Shown here in pieces: positions 11,270 through 21,104 of a DNA stretch of 64,000 nucleotides. Each line of letters begins with the position of its first letter. Positions within the stretch are counted from its first letter, which is position 1. The DNA is taken from contig CAYQKM010000001.1 in NCBI GenBank assembly GCA_964418095.1, positions 4,173 to 68,172 of the forward strand, read 5' to 3'. The position numbers and the translations under genes are program-made. The DNA comes from Candidatus Woesearchaeota archaeon. Lineage in GTDB: Archaea; Nanobdellota; Nanobdellia; Pacearchaeales; GW2011-AR1. The notes beneath the pieces are model-generated. The model made no database searches, had not been told where the DNA came from, and was given only the letters and a program-made list of their open reading frames with translations.

Positions 11270-11878
11270 TTATCTAGCAGAATCAGCTTGAGCTTCAGAT
11301 TCTTTTCTTTTTCTTATTGCTAAACTCTCACCATTCTTATCTGCAGCCATAATTATTTCTTCTGCAAGTGTCTGAGCAATTGTTTTCTTTTTATTAAATG
11401 CTTTGTCAGATGCCCCATGAACTAAGTGTTTTAATGCTAAGTTAACTCTCCTTACAGGAGAAACATCTACTGCTTGAGGATATCTTGCCCCTCCATATTC
11501 TATAACTGTTGTTTCATCTCTTGGAGCAGAGTTTTCAACTGCTCTAACAAGAACTTCCACAGGATTTTTCCCTGTTTTATTCTCAATATTTTCAAGAACC
11601 TCTAAAATAATTTGCATGTTTTTAGTGTATTTTCCACTAGCACTTCCTTTTTCTAATCTATGCTTTTTACCTCTATGCCCACCAACAGAAAGCTTATTCG
11701 CTAATCTTTCTACAATATTTACTCTTGTTTGATTAAATTTTCCAACATCTCTCCCCTGATTTTTTAATAGTAATTTTGGTTTAAGATTTATAGAAGATTT
11801 TAATCCAGCATCATAGATTTCTATATTTGTAATATCATACTTGTCAAATATTTTAAAGTTTAATGCTTGTTCACTCAT
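11270..11878 (-). CDS. rps7: ribosomal protein S7
   Basis: Conserved position between S12 and EF-2; S7-like length and basic N-terminus. Confidence 0.85.
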   Translation of the reverse strand: MSEQALNFKIFDKYDITNIEIYDAGLKSSINLKPKLLLKNQGRDVGKFNQTRVNIVERLANKLSVGGHRGKKHRLEKGSASGKYTKNMQIILEVLENIENKTGKNPVEVLVRAVENSAPRDETTVIEYGGARYPQAVDVSPVRRVNLALKHLVHGASDKAFNKKKTIAQTLAEEIIMAADKNGESLAIRKRKESEAQADSAR

Positions 11879-12161
11879 TTTTATTTATTATTTTTTCTAA
11901 ATTCTGTTTAATTTTATTAAAGCTTGGGTGATAATTTATTATAGATAAAGTAGCTTCATCTGAATCTCCACAGCATCTTTGCAATACAAATCCGCTTGGT
12001 TTTCTACTGTTTGTGAGATAAAGTTTTCCATCTATTCCAAAAGGGTATCCAGGACGCAACTCTTTATGAGAACTTAAATATCTAATTACATCCTCATAAT
12101 GCGCTCCACTAAATTTTATTTGTTCACTCATTTTATCTTCTACCTTTTTGTATTTTGCCAA
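11871..12161 (-). CDS. hypothetical protein inserted between S12 and S7
   Basis: 96-aa ORF filling a gap of about 290 bp; overlaps S12 by 29 nt and S7 by 8 nt; no motif. Confidence 0.4.
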   Translation of the reverse strand: MAKYKKVEDKMSEQIKFSGAHYEDVIRYLSSHKELRPGYPFGIDGKLYLTNSRKPSGFVLQRCCGDSDEATLSIINYHPSFNKIKQNLEKIINKNE

Positions 12162-12555
12162 GCCACAATCTTTCTAGTGGCTGATCATTTACTTTTATAA
12201 CAGAATATCTAACACCGGGAATGTCTCCTTTACTTCTTCCTTGCTTTCCACCTATCCTTTCTATCATTACTTCATCATGCTCATCAATAAATTTTTGAGC
12301 TAAATTCCCAGGGATAAATGCAGTAACAGTTCTTCCATTTTTAGTAAGCTGAACTTTGCAACACTTTCTCATAGCAGAGTTTGGCTGTTTAGCTTCTTTT
12401 TGAACTTTAGAAAGAACAATCCCTTTAGCTTGATTAGCCCCCTCGAGAGGATCAGATTTAGCATAAAGATTTAGAGTTCTCACTTTGAATTTTCTATCTT
12501 TCCATCTGAATTTCTTTCTATCTTTCTTTTTTTTAAATGCGTTTTTTAGTCCCAT
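12133..12555 (-). CDS. rps12: ribosomal protein S12
   Basis: Archaeal S12-like sequence ([21 protein letters not shown]); conserved BRE/TATA promoter about 40 nt upstream. Confidence 0.9.
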   Translation of the reverse strand: MGLKNAFKKKKDRKKFRWKDRKFKVRTLNLYAKSDPLEGANQAKGIVLSKVQKEAKQPNSAMRKCCKVQLTKNGRTVTAFIPGNLAQKFIDEHDEVMIERIGGKQGRSKGDIPGVRYSVIKVNDQPLERLWLGKIQKGRR

Positions 12556-12590
12556 TTGAATATTTCAGTTATCTATTAATTACAAAATTA

Positions 12591-12607
12591 GTTTAAAAGC
12601 TCTTCGG
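12591..12607 (-). promoter_or_regulatory. BRE-TATA promoter (CCGAAGAGCTTTTAAAC on minus strand) for rps12
   Basis: About 40 nt upstream of the rps12 ATG at 12555. Confidence 0.6.
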
Positions 12608-12610
12608 TTT

Positions 12611-12946
12611 TTATTTTGAAAAGATTTTAAACAAGTTATTCTTTTGTCCTCTCTCAAATCCCTCTCTGGCTCTTTGATAGTGTCCTTTCATAATTTTAAA
12701 ATGAAACTCTCTTTCCCCAGGATTCCAAACAGTTGGGATGTAATTTATAACCTTTTCTTCTAAATATAATCTTTGATAATTATTAAGGTCAAATGCTTTG
12801 ATAGATTTATCCAATTTAATAGATTCAAGGTTTTTTACAAGATTCCCATCTACTTCTTCAATAAGATACTTAGCAAATCTCCTTATTCTTCTTTTTGATC
12901 CAGTTATTTTAATTTTTTCTCTTTTTTCATCTATATAGTATTTCAT
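12611..12946 (-). CDS. hypothetical protein between NusA and S12
   Basis: 111-aa basic ORF with no recognisable motif. Confidence 0.4.
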   Translation of the reverse strand: MKYYIDEKREKIKITGSKRRIRRFAKYLIEEVDGNLVKNLESIKLDKSIKAFDLNNYQRLYLEEKVINYIPTVWNPGEREFHFKIMKGHYQRAREGFERGQKNNLFKIFSK

Positions 12947-12951
12947 TTTCT

Positions 12952-13416
12952 TTAAATTATCCTGAAATTTTTTTTAAAAAAATCTTTAGTTATTCTTTGC
13001 ATCTCAATTAATCTTCTTTTTTCTCTGCCAATTAATGCAGCCTTGCTTTGAGTTCCAGCATTAAGAATTATTTCATCTTCTAAAATCTCTAAATCTTTAA
13101 ATGTGACTGGGCTTACAACAAGCTCAATGAATTTTTTAATGTCCTCAGAGTTTCTAGGTATCGCAATAACCTTCACTCTTTTTTTAATTATCTCGTTTAT
13201 TCTTCTCAAATTTTTAGCTTCAGGTCCAATTGCCTTTGAGACAAATTCTTTTGGGACACAAAAAATTATTGTGTTATTATATTCAAAACAGTAATGTGTT
13301 CTTAGGTTTGTAACTTTTTCAAAAAGTTTTAGGTATCTCAAGTCCTTCATATCTAGTGTGTTAACCATTTTTATTAAATAAGAAGTGGTTTTATAAATCT
13401 GTCGATAATAACTCAC
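12952..13416 (-). CDS. nusA: archaeal NusA-like protein (KH domains)
   Basis: KH-like segment with GxxG (LIGREKRRL), about 150 aa, in the conserved NusA-S12 position. Confidence 0.7.
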   Translation of the reverse strand: MSYYRQIYKTTSYLIKMVNTLDMKDLRYLKLFEKVTNLRTHYCFEYNNTIIFCVPKEFVSKAIGPEAKNLRRINEIIKKRVKVIAIPRNSEDIKKFIELVVSPVTFKDLEILEDEIILNAGTQSKAALIGREKRRLIEMQRITKDFFKKNFRII

Positions 13417-13817
13417 TGTTTAATTACTTCATACTCTATATTTTTACTTCCTGAAACATATGGAAATATCTCTTCTGCAAATTTTTTACTAAATGGAATG
13501 TCAAAATATTTTGTAAGAATATATTCTAGTTTTTTAGGAGTGTTGGGAGTTCCAAGTTTTTCAAAAATTTCAGAAACATATAAGCAGGCGTCATTAAAAT
13601 CTTTACTTTGTGTTTGCACTTCTTTCATCCCCATCCAAAGAGTTCTAGCTAATCTATCTTCAAATATTTCTTTAATCTTATAGTCTACACCCTCTTCAAG
13701 AGGATTAAAATCTAATTTGACTGGATTTTTAATATATTCTTCCATGATTGTTAAATACTGTTGATATTTATAAAAATTTATATTTTTTAAAGGATTATTT
13801 ATTAACTTTCTCAACAA
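13413..13817 (-). CDS. hypothetical protein in the position normally held by L30e
   Basis: 134-aa ORF overlapping the rpoA start by 23 nt; does not resemble L30e. Confidence 0.4.
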   Translation of the reverse strand: MLRKLINNPLKNINFYKYQQYLTIMEEYIKNPVKLDFNPLEEGVDYKIKEIFEDRLARTLWMGMKEVQTQSKDFNDACLYVSEIFEKLGTPNTPKKLEYILTKYFDIPFSKKFAEEIFPYVSGSKNIEYEVIKQ

Positions 13818-16800
13818 CCTTTGAATCTGCTGTTTTCTTTTCAGATTCTTTCTTTGTTAACGGCCCAATTACTTTAACAAGTAATCCAGGTAATCCTGTT
13901 CCAACTGGTACAGGCTGATTTAAGATTATGTTTTCTATTACACTTGATAATTTGTCTTTTCCACCTTTCAATGTTGCTTTAACAAACTGTGGAACAGGTG
14001 TTTCAAATGTTGCCCTTGCAAGTATAGAAGATTTCTGAGCAATAATTCCCATTCTTGTAACCCCTTTAATTTCCCCTGAATTAGTCATAGCATCTGAAAC
14101 TAATTTTAAGTGCCTAATATCAATATCTAATCCCTGAGTTTTAAGAACCTCAGTTATTTCATTCATTAACAATTCCCTTGCAACTTCTATTCCGTATATT
14201 TCTGCAACTTCATAGAAATCATTAGAGATAGTTTTTTCTGGGTTAACTTCTTTCATTAAAATAATCTCTTTAAGATTTGTTCCTAGGCTTGTTATAACAA
14301 AGTTATTATCTCTCTTCACTACAAGGATTTGCTGAATTCCTTTAACTCCTGAAATTATTGATTCTTTAAGTTTTTCCTTTAACTTATACAAATCTCTAAA
14401 TCCGGTTTTATCATCGGCACTAAGAGAAATAGAGTCTTGTTTTTCTTTAACCTTAAATCCTTGCTTATTTAATATCTCACTTATCCTTTTAATATTTGTA
14501 TGAGTGTATTTTAATCCTTCTTTATCTATTTTCACCTCTATTTTTTTCTCTACAAAGTCAAGATTTATTTCTGAAGCAATTTCTTTAAGTCTAACTTCTT
14601 TTATTTTTTCAGCAACAAATCTAGCTCCTTCTTCATTATTATATTCTTTATTCAGATAAATTTCCATTTTTGGAGAAGAAGGCTTTTTTCTAGCATCAAA
14701 GATTTCAATTAATCTTGGCAATCCTGTTGTAACCTGCATTTCAGATACACCTGCCATATGGAATGTCCTTAATACCATCTGTGTTGATGCTTCACCAAAG
14801 GATTGCGCAGTTACTATTCCAATAGCTTCACCAGAATCTAATTTTTCTTTAAGATGTAATTTAGTAATATCAATTCCATCGTCTCCATATTTAAATTCTA
14901 TAATATTATTATTGCTGTCTCTTACTGTTTCATCATATTCAACTCTTAAATCTTGAAGAGCGTTAGCCAATCTTCTATATAAGTAACCAGATTTAGGAGT
15001 TCTTAACCCAGTATCCATAAGAGAGTCTCTTCCTGTAATTGCCTGGAAGAAAAATTCATCTGGCCTCAATCCTTTTATGAATGGGTTCTCAATAAATCCT
15101 CTTGCCTTAGGAGATAAATCTCCTTTTTTAAAGAAAGACAATGTTCTATCATTATATCCAAAATCAACTCTTCTATTTCCAAGAGCTTGCTGTCCAACAC
15201 ACGATGCCATCTGAGTAATATTTAAAATATTTCCACCCCCTCCTGACTTAATCATATTACTTACAGGGTTTTCAGAAGGAAATTCTTTTTTTACTATTTC
15301 ACTGATTCTTGTTCTTACTTCATTAAGTGTTTGAAGTATTCTTATTTCTCTTGATTCTTCTTTTGTTTTTCCTGGAATCAGTTCTAAAGTTCCATTACTA
15401 TCTGCTTCAATTATATCTTGTGCTTTCTTCTGGGCTTTCTTTATAACTTCATCACACTGTTTAAGTATACTTTCACTTAAATCTAAATCATTAACAGAGA
15501 TAGTAATTCCTCTTTCACTTAAATAATTCTTTCCAAGGTTAAATGCTTTTTTTATTATCTTAAATGCTTCTTCTCTTCCTATTGACTTATCAAGGACTTT
15601 AACTAATTCTCCATCTTCACTTCCAAATGCTGTTTTATCTATTACACCTTTCACAATCTCTCCATCTTTAATTGTTATTGACTCATTTGAGAAATTAAAT
15701 TTTGGTAAAATCTTTGAAAATACTTCTGCTCCTGAAACAGTTTTTTTAGTTATTTGAGCATCAACTTCTGAATTAAATAATAATTGATTAGCATAGTCAG
15801 ATGAAACTTCATCTAATCCCATTAAATAGTTGCCAGTTATTGCATCCCCTATGCACCCTATTAAACTTGTATTATTTTTAGGAGAAATCAAATTTCTCTT
15901 TACATCGAGTATCATCTTTGCTTCTGCTCTTGCTTCTTCATTTTGTGGAGAGTGTATATTCATTTCATCACCATCAAAATCAGCATTATATGGGGCAGCT
16001 GCAGCAGGATGCAACCTAAATGTTCTCCCTGGCAAAACTCTTACAAAATGAGCCATTAAACTTCCTCTGTGAAGACTTGGATGCCTATTAAATAACACAA
16101 TATCTCCGTCTTGAAGATGTCTTTCAACTTGATACCCAGGAACAAGCTCATTAATTATCTCTTCTTTTAATTCATTTGTTATTTTCTTTCTTTTACCATC
16201 AGTTCTTATAACATAACTTGCACCAGGATATTCTTCTCCTTTTTGTATTAATTTTTTTAATTTTTCAATATTTAAATCATTAACAGTCTCTGCAACAGTT
16301 ACAATTCTTGCAATTTCAAAAGGCACTCCTACTTCATTTATGTCTATATCTGTATCAGGAGAGATGACTGTTCTGCCAGAATAATTAACTCTCTTTCCTG
16401 CAATGTTTTTTCTTATTCTTCCTTCTTTACCTTTAATTCTTTCAGTAATTGTTTTTAAAGGTTGTCCACTCCTATGCCTTGCAGGAGGGATTCTTGTTAC
16501 AGTATTATCAAAAAATGTTGTAATATGAAATTGCAATAAATCCCATAAATCTTCTATAATAACTTCAGGAGCACCCGCATTAAGATTCTCCCATAATCTC
16601 TGGTTTGCTCTTATTATGTCAGAAAGTTTATGTGTTAAATCATCTTCACTTCTTTCACCTGTTTCAAGGATAATTGAAGGTCTTACAGTAACAGGAGGAA
16701 CTAAAAGAGAAGTTAAAATTGCCCACTCAGGTCTGCAAGCAGATGGATTAACTCCAATCTTTTTTAATTCTTCATCAGGTATCTTAGTTAATAATTCTCT

Positions 16801-17286
16801 TATTTCAATAGGGAATATTCTTGTTTTCCCTCTATAAAATGTTGTAGGCTTATCAAGTCTTACTCTCTCTTGAGGAGCTTGACAGTAAGGACATTTTTTA
16901 GCATCTTTAGCTTTTTTAGCTCTTTGACTAGGAGTGTATTTCTCTAAATCTTTTTCACTTATCATTAATTTTCCACACTGATCGCAAAAACATCTTAAGC
17001 CCATTTCAATTAGTGGAACATATTTAAGATGAACAGCAGGTCTTGCTAAATCAATGCTTCCAGAATGCCCTAAACACTCTTTTATTCTTCCACCACAAGT
17101 TCTGCATCTCACTCCTGGATCAACTGTTCCAAGTCTTAAATCCATTAAGCCTCCATCAACAGGATACCCATCAATATCATATAACTCAGGTGTAACTATT
17201 TTTGCACAAGAAAGTTTCTTGATATGTTCAGGACCAAATAAGCTAAACTTCATTTCTCCTATTTTCTTTTTTACTATTTTTGCCAT
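13795..17286 (-). CDS. rpoA: RNA polymerase largest subunit, apparently unsplit (A' and A'' fused), 1163 aa
   Basis: A' features: N-terminal Zn motif (CRTCGGRIKECLGHSG) and active site YNADFDGDEMN. A'' features: trigger-loop region GEASTQMVLRTFHMAGV and C-terminal PVGTGLPGLL. All in one reading frame. Confidence 0.9.
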   Translation of the reverse strand: MAKIVKKKIGEMKFSLFGPEHIKKLSCAKIVTPELYDIDGYPVDGGLMDLRLGTVDPGVRCRTCGGRIKECLGHSGSIDLARPAVHLKYVPLIEMGLRCFCDQCGKLMISEKDLEKYTPSQRAKKAKDAKKCPYCQAPQERVRLDKPTTFYRGKTRIFPIEIRELLTKIPDEELKKIGVNPSACRPEWAILTSLLVPPVTVRPSIILETGERSEDDLTHKLSDIIRANQRLWENLNAGAPEVIIEDLWDLLQFHITTFFDNTVTRIPPARHRSGQPLKTITERIKGKEGRIRKNIAGKRVNYSGRTVISPDTDIDINEVGVPFEIARIVTVAETVNDLNIEKLKKLIQKGEEYPGASYVIRTDGKRKKITNELKEEIINELVPGYQVERHLQDGDIVLFNRHPSLHRGSLMAHFVRVLPGRTFRLHPAAAAPYNADFDGDEMNIHSPQNEEARAEAKMILDVKRNLISPKNNTSLIGCIGDAITGNYLMGLDEVSSDYANQLLFNSEVDAQITKKTVSGAEVFSKILPKFNFSNESITIKDGEIVKGVIDKTAFGSEDGELVKVLDKSIGREEAFKIIKKAFNLGKNYLSERGITISVNDLDLSESILKQCDEVIKKAQKKAQDIIEADSNGTLELIPGKTKEESREIRILQTLNEVRTRISEIVKKEFPSENPVSNMIKSGGGGNILNITQMASCVGQQALGNRRVDFGYNDRTLSFFKKGDLSPKARGFIENPFIKGLRPDEFFFQAITGRDSLMDTGLRTPKSGYLYRRLANALQDLRVEYDETVRDSNNNIIEFKYGDDGIDITKLHLKEKLDSGEAIGIVTAQSFGEASTQMVLRTFHMAGVSEMQVTTGLPRLIEIFDARKKPSSPKMEIYLNKEYNNEEGARFVAEKIKEVRLKEIASEINLDFVEKKIEVKIDKEGLKYTHTNIKRISEILNKQGFKVKEKQDSISLSADDKTGFRDLYKLKEKLKESIISGVKGIQQILVVKRDNNFVITSLGTNLKEIILMKEVNPEKTISNDFYEVAEIYGIEVARELLMNEITEVLKTQGLDIDIRHLKLVSDAMTNSGEIKGVTRMGIIAQKSSILARATFETPVPQFVKATLKGGKDKLSSVIENIILNQPVPVGTGLPGLLVKVIGPLTKKESEKKTADSKVVEKVNK

Positions 17287-17297
17287 CTTATTTGTTT

Positions 17298-20200
17298 TTA
17301 TTCGTATTTATTTTTTAAATCAAATGTGGTGTTTATATGAAGCCCCTCCAATTCTCCTAAAAGAAGTTTAAATGCATATGACACTTCAACTGGTTCAACT
17401 TCTTCACTTCCACACATAGGGCAGTATGTTTTTCCTCTTATGCTATCATCAATTGCAATTGTTCCACATTTAGTACAGATTGGTAAAACTACTTTATCTG
17501 AATCATATCTTTCTTTCAATAACAGTGATGCTCCATGCGCTACCAATGCTTGTTGCTCCATTTCTCCTAATCTCAATGCTCCTCCTCTCGCTCTTCCTTC
17601 AATTGGTTGTCTTGTAAGAAGTGCAACTTTTCCTGAAGCTCTTCCATGAATCTTATTTCCTACCATATATTTTAATTTTAAGTAATATAAATCTCCAACA
17701 AATATTTTTGAGATAATTCTTTTTCCTGTAACTCCATCATACATTGTCTCTTTACCATCAAATCTAAATCCCATGCTTTCAAGCTGCTCTTCTAACTCTT
17801 TTTTACTCATTCCAGAGAAAGAAGTTCCATCAACTATTTCTCCTCTTAAAGAACCTACTTTACCTGCAAGCAACTCTAATAAATATCCAACAGTCATTCT
17901 CGATGGTAATCCATGAGGATTAAAAATCACATCTGGTTTTATTCCTCTAGAAGTAAAGGGTACATCTTCTTCAGGAAGTATCATTCCAACAACTCCTTTC
18001 TGCCCGTGTGCTGTTGCAAATTTATCTCCAAGCTCAGGTATTCTTTGATCTCTTGTTTTAACTTGAACTATTTTATTGCCTTCACAATCTTCTGTAATAA
18101 ACACTGATTCAACAATCCCTTTTTCTTCTTGTCTCATAGAAACACTAGATTCTTTTTTTGTTCTTATTGAGATTTCTCTTGCTTCAGATAAGAACTTTGG
18201 AGGAGACATCTTACCTATCATTACTTCTCCTTCATTAACTTCTGCTTCAGGTGAGATTATTCCATCATCTTCTAAATGATTATAACTTGATTCCATCTTA
18301 TATCCTGAAGAATCTTTTTCAGGCATAGCAATCTCATCTTTTAATCCTCCTGCATAATTCATTTCTATTGCAGAATATGGTCTAAAGTAAAAGCTTCTTC
18401 CAAGCCCTCTATCTAAGCTTCCTTTATTTAAAATTAAAGCGTCTTCCATATTGTATCCTTCATAAGTCATTATAGCAACAACAAGATTTTGTCCTGCTGG
18501 ATAAGTATCTAAAGTATTGTAAACAAAGCTTCTAACTATTGGTCTTTGTGGATATTGCAATATACTTACATCAGTATCTAATCTACACAAATAATTTGCA
18601 GAATATAATCCTAGTGCCTGTTTTTGTGTTTTTGAACCTCTGTTTAATCTTGAACTCTGATTATGATTTCCATACGGAACAAGACTTGTAACTGTTCCAA
18701 ATAGTGAAACAGGGTCAATTTCTAAATGTGTGTGCTCAGAAGTTAATTCTCCTTCACTTAATGAAACAAGAGCATTTTCTTCTTCAGCAGCGTCTATATA
18801 TTCTATTATTCCTTTTTGAAGCAATCCTTTCCAACCCAGTTCTCCTTGTTCTATCTGAATCAAATGTTCAGCTTTAAGTTTAGAGACACCATTCTCAACA
18901 ATAATTAGAGGCCTTAAAACTCTTCCAGATTCAGTTGAAATATAAATTGTTTTTATTCCCTCATCTTCTCTAAAACTCATTTCAAGTGGAAGTTGATTTT
19001 CCCTCCTCTTTTCTCTCATTTGTTGAACAAATTTGTTTCCGTCATCAATCACTCCAATAAACATACCATTAAAGAAAACATCATAATTTCCAACACCTTC
19101 AGGATTAAGTCCTAATGCTTCTAAATCTTTTGCAAATTTGAGCTTATCAAAGTCTACTCTTGTTGAAACTTTTGCAAGTATAGCTAAATTTTTTCTTAAA
19201 CCGATTTCTGTTCCTTCTGGGGTTTCAATAGGGCAAAATCTCCCATAATGGGTTGGATGTAATGTTCTTGCTAAAAAGTTTTCCTGATCTCCAGGGAGCA
19301 TGCTTGAAACTCTTTGCAGCTGAGAGATTGTTGCTAGGTAATTTGTCTTATCAATATTTTGAGTTATTCCTGAACGTTCTCCTGTCCAAGAACCAGTTGC
19401 AATTGCAGACTCAACTCTATGAGAAAATAAAGTAGATTTAGCCAATACTTTTATTGAAAAGTATTTTTTTCTTTTAGCAGATTTTTGCAAAGAGTATTGT
19501 AAATCTCTAACCAATATACCTAAATTAACTCTAAATAATGTAGCAAGTAAATCACCTGAAAGTCTTACTCTTTTATTTGCATAATGATCTTTATCTGTTC
19601 TTAGTTTAGGGTTTTCTTTAGCAATTAAAAATTGTTTAATGAATTTGCAGAGTGTTATTGCTTTCTTCATTCTATCTTCTTTCTTTTGTCCAATGTGCGG
19701 AAATAAATATGAATCTATTCTTTGTTTAACTCTATCTAAAATTTCTTTTTTAGTTCCTTGAAGATTTGTTTTTTCAGCAATAAACATCATAGCATCTTCT
19801 TTCTCAACTATGCTTGAATATTCATATAAATTAACAATTACACTGTCTGTCTCCTTTCCAATGTATTTTGCAATATCAGATTCTTTTGTTAATCCAAGTG
19901 CTTTAAGTAATATAACAGCAGGGATATCTTTAAACCTGCTAAAGGAAACATTAATTATACTTTCTTTATTTTCAGTTATTGTAACCGGTATTTTGTAAGT
20001 TCCTTTTAATGAAAATAATTTAAGTGTTAAATCTCCTTTTTTATTATTCTCGATAAATGGTTGGTTTTCAGCTAAATCCTCAGCCATTATCATTACCCTC
20101 TCATTTCCTTTTATTATAAAATATCCTCCTGGGTCTAAAGGGTCATTATAATTAGTGATTAGTTCTTCTTTAGACATTCCTGAAGTATTGCATTTTTTAC

Positions 20201-20552
20201 TTCTTACCATAATAGGGACTCTTCCTATTTCAACAATTTCAGAATCTATTTGATTATCTTTTTTCACAGTTAATTCAAGGTTTATAGGAGCAGAATAGGT
20301 AAGTTTTCTTAATCTTGCATCAGAAGGAGTTATTAAAGAATGGCTTCCATCAGCCTCGGTAACTATCGGTTTTCCAACATCGATTTTCCCAAGAGTTATT
20401 TCAAATTCTTCATTTACAATAGTTTCTGAAATCTCATCTACTATTTCCTGAAGCTTCTTTTCTATAAAATTATTAAATGAGATTATATTTGATTCAACTA
20501 GAGAGTGTTCCTTTAGATAATTTTTAACTATTATGTGTCCTTTTTTTTCCAT
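17298..20552 (-). CDS. rpoB: RNA polymerase subunit B (unsplit), 1084 aa
   Basis: Rpb2 signature GDKFATAHGQKGVVG, NPHGLPSRMTVG, C-terminal Zn ribbon CTKCG...CPMCG. Confidence 0.95.
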   Translation of the reverse strand: MEKKGHIIVKNYLKEHSLVESNIISFNNFIEKKLQEIVDEISETIVNEEFEITLGKIDVGKPIVTEADGSHSLITPSDARLRKLTYSAPINLELTVKKDNQIDSEIVEIGRVPIMVRSKKCNTSGMSKEELITNYNDPLDPGGYFIIKGNERVMIMAEDLAENQPFIENNKKGDLTLKLFSLKGTYKIPVTITENKESIINVSFSRFKDIPAVILLKALGLTKESDIAKYIGKETDSVIVNLYEYSSIVEKEDAMMFIAEKTNLQGTKKEILDRVKQRIDSYLFPHIGQKKEDRMKKAITLCKFIKQFLIAKENPKLRTDKDHYANKRVRLSGDLLATLFRVNLGILVRDLQYSLQKSAKRKKYFSIKVLAKSTLFSHRVESAIATGSWTGERSGITQNIDKTNYLATISQLQRVSSMLPGDQENFLARTLHPTHYGRFCPIETPEGTEIGLRKNLAILAKVSTRVDFDKLKFAKDLEALGLNPEGVGNYDVFFNGMFIGVIDDGNKFVQQMREKRRENQLPLEMSFREDEGIKTIYISTESGRVLRPLIIVENGVSKLKAEHLIQIEQGELGWKGLLQKGIIEYIDAAEEENALVSLSEGELTSEHTHLEIDPVSLFGTVTSLVPYGNHNQSSRLNRGSKTQKQALGLYSANYLCRLDTDVSILQYPQRPIVRSFVYNTLDTYPAGQNLVVAIMTYEGYNMEDALILNKGSLDRGLGRSFYFRPYSAIEMNYAGGLKDEIAMPEKDSSGYKMESSYNHLEDDGIISPEAEVNEGEVMIGKMSPPKFLSEAREISIRTKKESSVSMRQEEKGIVESVFITEDCEGNKIVQVKTRDQRIPELGDKFATAHGQKGVVGMILPEEDVPFTSRGIKPDVIFNPHGLPSRMTVGYLLELLAGKVGSLRGEIVDGTSFSGMSKKELEEQLESMGFRFDGKETMYDGVTGKRIISKIFVGDLYYLKLKYMVGNKIHGRASGKVALLTRQPIEGRARGGALRLGEMEQQALVAHGASLLLKERYDSDKVVLPICTKCGTIAIDDSIRGKTYCPMCGSEEVEPVEVSYAFKLLLGELEGLHINTTFDLKNKYE

Positions 20553-20561
20553 TTATTTACC

Positions 20562-20789
20562 TTATACTACAACTCTATAGTACAAATTTACTTTTCCTTC
20601 CTCAGCTCTTTCTATTTTTATTACATCACCAACAGCACAATTCAAATTTGCGAGCGCAGCATCGCTGTTAAGGATTTTAGGTAATTGAGATTTAGATATG
20701 TTATATTTCTTTAATAATTCTTGAGTTTCCTTTTCATTGAGTTTTATGTGTTTTGGTTGTAGAATGTGCATCTTGGCTCGGCATGTCAT
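20562..20789 (-). CDS. rpoH: RNA polymerase subunit H (Rpb5 homolog)
   Basis: 75 aa; conserved position upstream of rpoB; Rpb5-like C-terminus GDVIKIER. Confidence 0.8.
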   Translation of the reverse strand: MTCRAKMHILQPKHIKLNEKETQELLKKYNISKSQLPKILNSDAALANLNCAVGDVIKIERAEEGKVNLYYRVVV

Positions 20790-20859
20790 TTAATCCTCAG
20801 CACAAGGGCCACAGGATAAATATTTAACAACTTTGTGATAATAAAAGATACTGAAAATT

Positions 20860-20877
20860 GGTTTTTAAATCTTTCGG
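20860..20877 (-). promoter_or_regulatory. BRE-TATA promoter motif (CCGAAAGATTTAAAAACC on minus strand) upstream of rpoH
   Basis: One of 4 copies in the window of the shared motif CCGAA[G/A]A[G/A][C/T]TTTTAAAC; sits upstream of the rpoH operon start. Confidence 0.55.
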
Positions 20878-20984
20878 ATTACTCAGCTTTGCACAATAAG
20901 CAATTCCTGCACAAAAAGTGATATAGTTTTTATGCAAAGCTGGATTATTCTATCCCACAGAGTAAATGCTTTTTAAACATTAAA

Positions 20985-21059
20985 TGGCCCCGATGGGATT
21001 TGAACCCACGACACCTGGATTAAAAGTCCAGTGCTCTAACCAGACTGAGCTACGGAGCC
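20985..21059 (-). tRNA. tRNA-Lys (anticodon UUU), 75 nt, CCA not encoded
   Basis: Folded by hand. Acceptor GGCTCCG/CGGGGCC, D-arm GCTC-AGTCTGGTTA-GAGC, anticodon arm CTGGA-CTTTTAA-TCCAG, T-arm GTGGG-TTCAAAT-CCCAT, discriminator A. Confidence 0.85.
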
Positions 21060-21104
21060 ATATCTTGTAGCTTCATATTTCTCAGGATGGTTTGTTCGTT
21101 AGAA

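Noticed and set aside
13413-13817. Ribosomal protein L30e call for the ORF between rpoA and nusA
   Set aside because: Position suggests L30e, but the sequence lacks the L30e/L7Ae-fold glycine-rich motifs. Left as hypothetical.
15830-18279. Several 60-107 aa plus-strand ORFs inside rpoA and rpoB (15830..16051, 16616..16837, 17054..17371, 17440..17649, 17913..18107, 18076..18279), and inside EF-2 (9806..10129)
   Set aside because: Embedded antisense to highly conserved genes; no motifs; spurious.
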